64,000 nucleotides of DNA, taken from Octopus bimaculoides. Taxonomy: Eukaryota. Positions 1 to 10,469 of the stretch are shown piece by piece. The number at the start of each line of letters is the position of its first letter. The stretch's first letter is position 1. The DNA is taken from positions 59,358,376 through 59,422,375 of the forward strand of contig NC_068990.1 in NCBI RefSeq assembly GCF_001194135.2. The letters run 5' to 3'. The notes under the pieces are model-generated. The model did no database searches. It was given only the letters and a program-made list of their open reading frames with translations, and was not told where the DNA came from. The translations under genes were made by a program, and so were the position numbers.

Positions 1-1485
1 TTCATCCTTTCAGGGTCTATTAAATAAGTACCAGTTACGCACTAGGGTCGATGTAATCGACAATCCCTTTGATTCTCCTCGTTTGTCCCCTCTATGTTTA
101 GCCCCCTGTAGGCAATAAAGAAATATATAAAAATGACAAAGGATCCTCTATGAAGACAGTTGACTTGTTAGAAATAGTAGCTAGCTAAATTTCCCTCAAA
201 TCATACCTATTATCATAAAAAAATGGGAAAGAAACATCAGATAGCACAGTCTTGGATACAATGCTTGAAAATAACATGGGATGGTCATAGCTGGAACATC
301 ATTGATTATAGGCCTGCTCAACCAGAAGTAATACAGGGCTACAGAACAACACTGCCACCACTGTCATGATGACAATGACCACAATGACCACCACCACCAC
401 CACCACCACCACCATAATGACACACAACCAGCCAAGGGAACCTCAGAATATCCTGATTGAAATCATTAAACTTATCAATGTAAGTAATTAAGTTGGAAGA
501 TGTTAAATATTCCCACAGCAATGACGCTGTATTGTTACAGACATTGATAATTGTGACATAATCAATGACTGTATCTGATTTGTTTAACTTGTTCTCAGTA
601 GTTATTTTTAGGTATATTGCCATAGTAAACCAAAGAAATTTTAATGTTAATAAGTTTATACATTTAATATCATTTGCTCACTGAATGTAACCTACATTCA
701 AAATGCCCTACAGACCTACACAATCCACTAAGGAACATCCATCCTTTCAGTCTGCTGCCTCTCGAGAACATTCAGCTGTATGTCATTATCAGGTAAAGTG
801 GTGAAAGAATTCAGTAAAGTTAATGAATGTTTTTCAACTTTAAGACAATTTACTTATTCTATCAGTGTCTTTTACTAAACTGCTAAGTTATGGGGGATGT
901 AAATACACCAACACTAGTTGTTGAGCAGTGGCATGGGACAAAGACATATGCACACAGATATATACAACGTGCTTCTTTTCAGTTTCTATCTACCAAATCC
1001 ACTCACAAAACTTTGGTTGGCCCGAGGCTATAGCAGAAGACACCTGCCCAAGGTGCCATTCAGTGGGACTGAACCTGGAAATGTGATTGGGAAGAAAACT
1101 TCTTACCACACAGACACATCTGTGCCTAGGTAGGTCAGATTAAATGAATTTATCTAAACTCCTTTGAAGTCCAGCAATCTCCTGTCTTCAAGTCAACACT
1201 GATTAATTACACTTACTGGGACTCAGTGATGGCTGTGTGGGTAAGAAGCTCACTCTGCAACCATGGAGCTCTGACTGACCAATGACTTGTGAAACTGTAC
1301 AGAAACCCTTTGGTGGAAACTGTACAGATACCCATTGTGCACGTGCATGTGTGTGTATATGTGAGTATATGTGCATTTATCTCACATCTTCACATTAAAC
1401 TACTTGTGCGGTGGTGATGTTTGTTTATGTCCTGCACAAGCAATTTGGCCCACAGCTCTGCGGTTGATGTACAAAGACTAGTGAG

Positions 1486-1860
1486 TTAATCCCTTAGCAT
1501 TCAGATTACGGTTAAATGTGTCATCATCAATATCAGCATTTAACATTCGTTTTCCATGCTGGCATGGGTTAGACAGTTTGACAGGAGCTGACCAGCTGAA
1601 GGGCTATTCAGGGTCCATGTCTGCTTTGGCATGGTTTCTATGGCTGGATGCCCTTTCTAATGCCAACCACTTTACAGAGTAATAGTTATTCACGTTGTTT
1701 TGAATTAATCTTGTATTATCTTGTAGCTTCAAAATTTCAATGATGTGATTGTATATTTTTAGAATGACATTGTAGGGTAGAGATGTAAGAGGCCAAAACA
1801 GACAAGTTTGAACACAAAACAAACAGAATATTTGGGCTAGTTTAAATGCTAACGGGTTAA
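1486..1860. mobile_element. piggyBac-like MITE (TTAA ends), interrupted by a SINE at about 1520-1683
   Basis: ttaatcccttagcatt...aatgctaacgggttaa termini; body shared with copies at 19223, 33767, 49109 and 62828. Confidence 0.7.
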
Positions 1861-3786
1861 AGTATTTCACTTGAAAACAAGTAGGCATTGGCTTCAAGAA
1901 GGGCATCCAGCTACAGAATACTGCCTCAAAAAATCTTGTCCAATCAATGCCAACATGATAAAAGTAGACTTTAAAAAATGATGATGATGACAATGACAAA
2001 ATAAAGAAACTTTTGGGGTACATCTGTTAATTCATTACTGAATATGAATGGAATATATTTGCTAGATGTCATTCATGGAATTAGAAAACAACAAATAAGA
2101 GTGCATTGCTAGGTTACCAGAAATGTCACTACACTTCTCTAACTATTATAGTCAACAAAGCAGAAAATTTGTTCTCTTTTCACTTAATAACAACACACAC
2201 ACACACACACACAGAAATGAAAATGTCATCCGTATGGCTTTCAGCTCACTTTTCCAGTCCTAAGAGTTCTTTCAATTGATTCCAGCACTGCTAACCAAAT
2301 TATCTATTTAAACAAGTTATCTCTGAGACATTCTTCTAAATGCAGTCTCTTAAATTGTATGGTTAAAGCAAATATCTTCCATTCCAATGCTTCCCTTCAC
2401 CCAAACCGATTGACTGTGTGACATGAGAACAAGTGTTTAATACAACAAACATGAACTTGGCACTTACATTTTATTCACCAACCTCAAATAACAGCTAAAA
2501 AGTCTACTCGTGGAGGCACTCCTGTCCCCACCCTACACCTAAAAAAATTGCATTAAACTGTGTTTACATCCTAACTCTCTACTGAACTAGTCTCCACAAT
2601 TCATGATAGTCAATGTCTCTTGTGGCATGCATTCTTTATGTGTAATGTTACAGCTAAAGGTCAAGATTTTAATCAAATAAATGTAGCATGTACACCAAAC
2701 TCAGTGAACTAGCTTGTTCACAGTCTACACTGTATCGTCTACTAAAAGAGCTACTCTAGTGATTGGCATTTCAGTTGTACTTTTCCTGACACAAAATTAG
2801 AATATTTCATTGAAGTCATACACTACAATGTGTTTTTACAGCTGCATTACTAAAAATAACCTAAACACTTATAAAAGACCAACTTTGCTAAAGTTTGTAG
2901 GTTTTTTCATTGCTTAATGCCAACTCTGACTAAAAAAAGCCTACAATTGATCAAAAGTGTTTCACTCGTGGCCATCCCATCTTTTTAATTTATTTTATTC
3001 ATTTTTTTTTTCCACAAATAATATATCTATGACTATATTATTGAATGAATTCTTTCTTTTTGAGAAAGTATGGTGCAATTATTTGAAGAGAATTTGGTTA
3101 TTATTTCCAGTGGTTGGAGCAACCACACAGAAGCTTCCCTTACTGGCTTATTCTTAGTTAATATATATATACACACATAAAATAACACAACAAAAAAACC
3201 CAACAATATTTCATGCTATTTTAACAGTTTTTCTAGCCCACAACAGTTCAACGCCTTTATTACCGTATTTCTGCTGAAATAAATTGTCTTTATTTCAATT
3301 AATTTTGAGAATATTGGAAAATTCAGTAAAATTTTTGTTGTTATTGAGCTGGTGTTTGGAACATAAATTAACATGAAATTTTGAAGAAAGGTTTTAATTA
3401 GATCAGTTTAAAACAGGAAGTTTGTATCGTAGAACTGGGGGCAATAGCAGGTGGGTTGAACAGATCTGTTTTGTGACACATAACATTTTATCCATGACAG
3501 TTACCAATTAAGTCTATATTGCAATCACCTCTACTTTCTCCATCCCCATACCACGCTTGTTTTACCATCAACCACATTGCCAAAACATTAAATCTACTTG
3601 CAAATACTACAGAGGGGGAAAATATGTGACAATGGACAGTCAAGTGCTTAAGAAGTTACTCCATCAACTGCTCAGATTTTACTTTTTCATAGCTTTGTGA
3701 TACTTAGAACAGAACAGGTCCTGGGATCATAGATGGAAGCAAAATGAAAAATACAGTTATATGAAACATGATAACATTTATCTCAC

Positions 3787-3933
3787 CTTGTTTGAATTTG
3801 CTCTTGTATTCCATATTCGGATGATGGAATCACGCCCAGCTGAGTACAGTCGGTTAAGGACGGGATCGTACTGCAAGGCATTAACACCAGAACGGTGATA
3901 ACGCTCTACTTCATCTCGGATTACAAAAGAAAC
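3787..3933 (-). CDS. WDR48: Internal coding exon of WD repeat-containing protein 48 (UAF1, USP1-associated factor 1); equivalent of human coding exon 2
   Basis: Minus-strand translation [49 protein letters not shown] (49 codons, no stop) matches the WDR48 N-terminus as I recall it (human [42 protein letters not shown]). Acceptor ctttatttccgttccag|GTT, donor AAG|gtgaga, phase 0/0. Absent from the ORF track because it lacks its own start codon. Confidence 0.95.
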
Positions 3934-4240
3934 CTGGAACGGAAATAAAGAGTCAGAAGTGAATAAAAATCAAAGAGAAATCAATAAATAGGCTTTTTAC
4001 AAACACTTCCTTTTGTTGATAGATCATCATCATTTAATATCCACTTTTCTGTGTTTGCACACAAGTCAGATGGAATTTACTGAAGCAGATTTTCAACAAC
4101 TGGATGCCCTTCCTGTCACCAACCCTTACCTGTTTCCAAGTAAGGTAATACTTCTCCATAGCCAGACATGTTTACAAAGAAGGTTGGTTCCAAATTTTGG
4201 CACAAAGCCAGCAAATTTGGGGGAAGGGTATAAGCCAATT

Positions 4241-4343
4241 TATAGATGTTTTCGATCTAGTTTGGATACTTTGCCATCAAATTTGAATTCTTTGCAATCA
4301 AATTTGATAGCAAAGAATCCAAACTAGATCGAAAACATCTATA
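4241..4343. repeat. 103-bp palindromic (foldback/MITE-like) insertion inside a SINE
   Basis: 46-bp arms (4241-4286 and 4298-4343) with 2 mismatches and an 11-nt loop; interrupts a decayed SINE copy. Confidence 0.85.
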
Positions 4344-5965
4344 TATCAACTCCAGTCTTCAACTGGTACTTATTTCATTGACCCCGAAAGGATGAAAGAC
4401 AATGTCAACCTTGGTGGAATTTGAACTCAGAACATGAAGGATGAAATGCTGCTAAGCATTTTGCCTGACATGCTAACAATTCTGCCAGCTCACCACCTTA
4501 CATGTTTACAAAAGAAATTAATGACACTTCCTGTTTTATATTGACACTATCAAGCAACATCAAAACAAGGATACACACACACACACAAACAGGTTTCTTT
4601 CAGTTTCCATCTACCAAATCCACATTCACAAGGCTATAATAGAAAACACTTACTTAAGGTGCCACGCAGTGGGACTGAACCCAAAACCATGTGGTTCGGA
4701 AGCAAACAACCCCACCACATAGACCACTTTATTTGGGGAGCTAAAATGAAATAAATAGTTCTTCTCTATGATATTATTAGATATTTCTATTCCCCTTAAA
4801 ACATTGCGATTATTGAAAAACTATAAAAGGGAGAGAAAGGAAGAAAACAATTCAAGAGATAGCTTACAACTTATCTTTGATATCAATACATATATGTATA
4901 AATAAGGCACTGGAAAACCATTTCAGCTGTAGCATTTGAGCGCAATATAAATTGCATTAAAATTGTATTATGTTACCACAACTTGAATATTATCTATGAA
5001 CTCAAATGCACAAATAAATAATTGTAATGTATACAAGGAAACACTTTTTTTTTTTAAATGGAAAGAAGGGTATTTCTATACCATTGCCATACTCTTTATC
5101 CTTAATCTGATACGACTGTGACAACCATTCCTTCCCCCATCCCCCACATCTGGTTTTCTGAAACACATCTTTTAGAACATTTATATGTTCCACCAGCCGT
5201 ATTATTTCTACACAACAAATCAATACGCAATGGTATATCTGCAGCTAATACTTAACTGATTTAGGATTCAGAAAATTAGAGCTGAATTGCTGTAAATTGA
5301 GTGGTGACTTAGGCTAATAGTTAAAATGCAGTAGCTATTATGTATCATCATGAAAACTAAATTGGCTAGTCCTTCATGTAATGATTTCCTTTCAAACATC
5401 TATCCACTTCACAAATTACATTATAGACAAGTGAAAGATGGATATCACCAAAGTGGATGAATGGAGAAGGTATCGAAATACCAACTCACATGTTGCGAGT
5501 TCAAATTAAACGGAATACATTTAACAAGTTTCTATGCAAAACACTTTATTCTAAACGCTTCAGGTTATTTGGCAGGAATAAATTAGCTATGTTAACTCCT
5601 GGATAAGTTACTTACATATCTTTCCAAGGAAAGATTTGTGTATCACTCTCTTAACAACAGAAATCAAAAATACCAATCCTGTACAATATAAAAGTAATTA
5701 TTTTACCATTTAAAAAAGAAAAAAGCCTTGTGAGTGGATTTAGTAGACAGAAACTGAAAGAAGTCTATTGTGTGTGTGTGTGTGTGTGTGTGTCACTGTT
5801 GCTTGACAACCAGTGTTGGCTTGTTTACATCTCCATAATTTAGTGGTTCAGCAAAAGAGACAGATAAAGTACCAAGCTTAAATAATAAACGCTGGGGTCA
5901 ATTTGTTCAACTAAACCTTTCAAAACAGCAGTTCATTGATGGAAACAGGTAAAAGATTTTATAAA

Positions 5966-6061
5966 GAAGAAGAAGAAGAAGAAGAAGAAGAAGAAGAAGA
6001 AGAAGAAGAAGAAGAAGAAGAAGAAGAAGAAGAAGAAGAAGAAGAAGAAGAAGAAGAAGAA
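5966..6061 (+). repeat. (GAA)32 microsatellite running into an assembly gap
   Basis: Perfect GAA run; source of the spurious poly-E and poly-S ORFs. Confidence 0.98.
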
Positions 6062-6726
6062 NNNNNNNNNNNNNNNNNNNNNNNNNNNNNNNNNNNNNNN
6101 NNNNNNNNNNNNNNNNNNNNNNNNNNNNNNNNNNNNNNNNNNNNNNNNNNNNNNNNNNNNNNNNNNNNNNNNNNNNNNNNNNNNNNNNNNNNNNNNNNNN
6201 NNNNNNNNNNNNNNNNNNNNNNNNNNNNNNNNNNNNNNNNNNNNNNNNNNNNNNNNNNNNNNNNNNNNNNNNNNNNNNNNNNNNNNNNNNNNNNNNNNNN
6301 NNNNNNNNNNNNNNNNNNNNNNNNNNNNNNNNNNNNNNNNNNNNNNNNNNNNNNNNNNNNNNNNNNNNNNNNNNNNNNNNNNNNNNNNNNNNNNNNNNNN
6401 NNNNNNNNNNNNNNNNNNNNNNNNNNNNNNNNNNNNNNNNNNNNNNNNNNNNNNNNNNNNNNNNNNNNNNNNNNNNNNNNNNNNNNNNNNNNNNNNNNNN
6501 NNNNNNNNNNNNNNNNNNNNNNNNNNNNNNNNNNNNNNNNNNNNNNNNNNNNNNNNNNNNNNNNNNNNNNNNNNNNNNNNNNNNNNNNNNNNNNNNNNNN
6601 NNNNNNNNNNNNNNNNNNNNNNNNNNNNNNNNNNNNNNNNNNNNNNNNNNNNNNNNNNNNNNNNNNNNNNNNNNNNNNNNNNNNNNNNNNNNNNNNNNNN
6701 NNNNNNNNNNNNNNNNNNNNNNNNNN
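6062..6726. other. Assembly gap (665 N)
   Basis: N run. Other gaps: 10476-10910, 16604-16705, 24078-24419, 35889-36195, 38614-38623, 46218-46236, 47396-47514, 60973-61028. Confidence 1.
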
Positions 6727-7120
6727 CAATGTTAAATCTCTGAACGAGGTATTAACAGTAACTGCACGATAAAGTGAAGTATATTTGCCACTTAAATGTG
6801 GCTGACCCCGAGGGGTGGATGTTACTGTTGCTTTTAACCCCAGGAGGACATCTCCTCCAGCTGGCTATCGACACACATCTGTGCCCTGTCTGTATTTGCC
6901 AAGGGAAGTTATCTTTCCCATCTTGATCTACGATACGTTCGTACCCGAGTTTCAGGGTTATTTCCCTTCTTCAGCGTACGACAACCGCCGACCTTCGATG
7001 CAAAAGACATCCTTTGGCAAATATATGTAACTTTCTCCAGTGAAATTATTCACTGATATCGAAAAAGTGAAAACAAGCAATGTTAAATCTCTGAACGAGG
7101 TATTAACAGTAACTGCACGA
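6727..7120 (-). repeat. 351-bp hammerhead-containing unit with exact 43-bp direct repeat (6727-6769 = 7078-7120); retrozyme-like
   Basis: caatgttaaatctctgaacgaggtattaacagtaactgcacga occurs twice, 351 bp apart. The left copy is cut by the N-gap. 14 CpGs in 351 bp against a CpG-poor background. Confidence 0.8.
6930..6990 (-). ncRNA. Type-I hammerhead ribozyme with minimal, self-complementary stem III
   Basis: Minus strand reads CGUACG-CUGAAGA-AGGG(AAAUAA)CCCU-GAAA-C(UCGG)G-UA-CGAACG. All core nucleotides are present, stem II is 4 bp, stem I has 5 of 6 pairs, and the predicted GUA cleavage falls between 6942 and 6941. Confidence 0.8.
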
Positions 7121-9174
7121 GAATACCATTTAGCCAGAAAAAGGATCATTTTGGAAGGAGAATATGTACTGATTACTAAAATGCCCTCATGAAACCTTTC
7201 AAAACAACCAATTCAGGAAAATACAGTGGACGTTAATGCTAAAGTTCTAACATCAACTCTTGGAGTAAAACTGAAGACATTCAACTTTACGAAGAATGGT
7301 AAATTGTAAGCTTGAAAACTAATACCAAAAGACAAGAACATAGAATATTGTCCAAATGAATTGCAGGAGTGTTTTCTATAGATTTATTAAAACAATAATG
7401 CAAATGACAAAGAAACACATTTTTGTTTTGCAAGCACAAAATGTCTTCCTAAAAGTTATCGCTAATGAATTCACAATTACAGGTGAATCCAATTTATTAA
7501 TAAAGCTTTATTGATTTGATAGTTATTTATGAATATGTTTTTAAATGTTTACTCCATCACACTAGCATGGATTTCCTTGAATAAATTTTAACAGCTGGAT
7601 AATCTCATTCATGCTATGCACTCACTCAAAAGTAATGTGATGATGGTCTGTAAACACAGTGAAATATTTTCTTTAAAGTATTCGCCAGCAACAAAGAAGT
7701 TATAGATTTTGGTTGATTACTTTCACTTATTAACTAATCAATCATCCACCGTACTTAATGATTTGTTTGCTGTAACCTAGAAAAATAAATCTTTCATAGT
7801 TTTTATTTGGCTTGGACTATTCTACATTGGTGTTTCTGGAATGTGAGTTTGTGATGTATTTCAAGAAAATTCCAAAAGGCTTTGCAATTGGAAACTGTAT
7901 CATTTATTTAACATATTTTTTTTTCCAGCCTGACAGAATTAGTTGAGGTAGATTTCCTCTGACTGGATGTTCTTTTCGTTGCCAACCCTCACCTGTTTCC
8001 AAGCAAGTTAATATTTCCCTATTTCTAGACATGTTTTCTACAAAAAACTGAAAATGAATAACATTCTTGTATGACATTGATACCCATTTACAATCATCAT
8101 GTGATGTCAAGACAAGGGTACACACACACACACACACACACACATTTACATATAAAAAACAGGCTTCTTTCAGTTTCCATCCAGTTGGCCTGAGGTGATA
8201 GAAGATACTTGCCCAAGGTGCAATGCAACAGGACTGAACATAAGACCATATAGTTGTGAAGCAAGCTTCTTAAGTACAAAGCCAGGCCTCCATAAATAAT
8301 TACTTAAAACAGAATCTTTGTCAGAGCTGATATTTCAGAACCTTGAGGTCATTATGAAGAAGGATAGGATATACAGAAGGTCATTGCCAACATACCAAGG
8401 AGAAAATTCAAAAGATATACAAAACAAATACACTGATGAAAACTAATTACGTGGAAATTATTGCAATGGGTGAGAGTGTACATTTTGACATAATCTTTAA
8501 TAATAACAAGAGGTATGAAAATAATCAACACATGACTGATTATTCTAGAATAGAAAAAGTAAAAGTTCATTCTGGAATATATTCACTGATAAGAATAAGT
8601 TAACCTAAGAACACAAGAAATCATTACATTAAGCTTCCTGGGAATACTGTCTAATGTTAAAAAAACTCAGATCAAATTTACAATTGGAATCGGTCCATGA
8701 GGACTCAACAAGCAAACGTTACAATGGTAGACTGATAATATTTGAAGAATATAAGGTAGCAAGCTGGCAGAAATGTTAGTACACCAGGGAAAATGATTAG
8801 TGGCATTTTGTCTGTGTTTATGCTCTGAGTTCAAATTCTGTCAAGGTTGACTTTGCCTTTCCTCCTTTCAGGGTCGATAAAATAAGTACCAGCTGAGAAC
8901 TGGGGTTGATGCAATCAACGAGAACCCCCTCCTCTAAAATTACTGGCCTTGTGACAAAATTTGAAACCAATATTTAAAGACTATATACACACAGGTGCAT
9001 GCATGGCTGTGTGGTAAGAAACCCGCTTCCCAACCACACAGTTCCAGGTGCAAACCCACTGTGTGGCACCTTGGGCAAGTGTCTTCTACTATAGCCTTGG
9101 GCTGACCAAAGCCTTGTGAGTGGATCTGGTACACAGAAACTGAAAGAAGCCCATCATATATACATATATATTAC

Positions 9175-9400
9175 ACCAAAACACACTAAAGCAGAAACAG
9201 ACCCATAAAGTTCAAGAAGTCTTTGGACAAATTCATTCAAAAAATCCTGGATAAACCTCCTACACCCGGATATGTCTCCACAAACAATAACTCTATCCTC
9301 GAGTGGGCCATGTTGTCCGATTCCTGATTTGAATGACTTTGCCAGATGGTGCTATTAAGTTAGACATGACCAATACTGGGTCAATACTGGTCGAAACCTA
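9175..9400 (+). mobile_element. 3' end of a CR1/L2-group LINE, nested in a SINE
   Basis: Translation KFKKSLDKFIQKILDKPPTPGYVSTNNNSILEW resembles the FKxxLDxFLxxIPDxP..GY..NS C-terminal motif; lies between the head (about 9003-9160) and tail (about 9483-9690) of one SINE. Confidence 0.6.
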
Positions 9401-9405
9401 ACAAA

Positions 9406-9485
<80 letters not shown>

Positions 9486-10427
9486 CTTTGTCCCTCTACC
9501 ATCGTTTGACAACTGATGTTGGTGTGTTTACATACCCATAACTTAGCAGTCCAGCAAAAGTGACCGATAGAATAAGTACTAGGCTTATAAAGAATAAGTC
9601 CTGGGGTCGATTTCTTCGACGAAAACCCTTTAAGGCAGTGCTCCAGCATGGCCACAGTTAAATGACTGAAACAAGTAAAAGAATAATACAAAGTTTACAG
9701 TTAATTTAAGTAAAATAGAGAAACAGATATTTCAGAAATTATCTCCGTTTTCATCATTGTTTTAACAACAGGTTACTAGCTTGTCTCAAGAACATATAAG
9801 CTACAAAATTAACTCAATTTGTCATGGAAGTAGCCAAATCTTCCATTTTTAACCCGTTAGTATTCAGATTACTTTGTGAAAAGTAATGCTTATTTATTCA
9901 TATTGTTGTAAATTTAAAATTTATGTTTAAATTTTCTTAAATTAAGTGATTTCCATTTTTACTTTTTTCTGGTCCCACATAAAAAGTACCTGTGCTGGTG
10001 CCACACAAAAAGCATCCATGTTCAGGCCACATTAAAAGCACCCAGTACACTCTGTGAAGTGGTTGGAATTAAGAAGGGCATCCACCTGTTGAAACTATGT
10101 CAAAACAGACAATTAGAGGCTGGTACAGCCCTATGGGTTGCTAACTCCTGGCAACTGTCCAACCAATGCCAGCATGGAAAATGGACATTAAACGATGATA
10201 ATGATGATGAGTGAGAGTGTACTACTTGACATAATCTCTAATAAAAAGAGGTATGAGAATAATGAACAAAGGAGTGGCTGTGTGGTAAGTAGCTTGCTTA
10301 CCAACCACATAGTTCTCAGTTCAGTCCCACTGCATGGCACCTTGGGCAAGTGTCTTCTACTATAGCCTCGGGCCGACCAAAGCCTTGTGAGTGGATTTGG
10401 TAGACGAAAACTGAAAGAAGTCCGTCG

Positions 10428-10469
<42 letters not shown>

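Noticed and set aside
339-623. 94-aa Gly/His-rich minus ORF downstream of the WDR48 exon
   Set aside because: The low-complexity part comes from an (ACC)n tract; it lacks the expected next WDR48 segment (MEHHTDWVNDIV) and has no recognisable homology.
5490-5531. 42-nt phase-0 candidate exon (KLVKCIPFNLNSQH) with tag/gtgagt boundaries
   Set aside because: No ATG, short pyrimidine tract, and no similarity to WDR48.
5936-6772. Long ORFs containing X (also around 10316-11033, 16369-16809, 24036-24549, 35628-36281, 47286-47672)
   Set aside because: They are open only because they cross N-gaps and microsatellites.
6944-7010. ATG-initiated minus frame MSFASKVGGCRTLKKGNNPETR ending at CGG|gtacga as WDR48 exon 1
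   Set aside because: In phase, but with no resemblance to the conserved ...RKVQ N-terminus and a weak donor; the sequence is better explained as the hammerhead.
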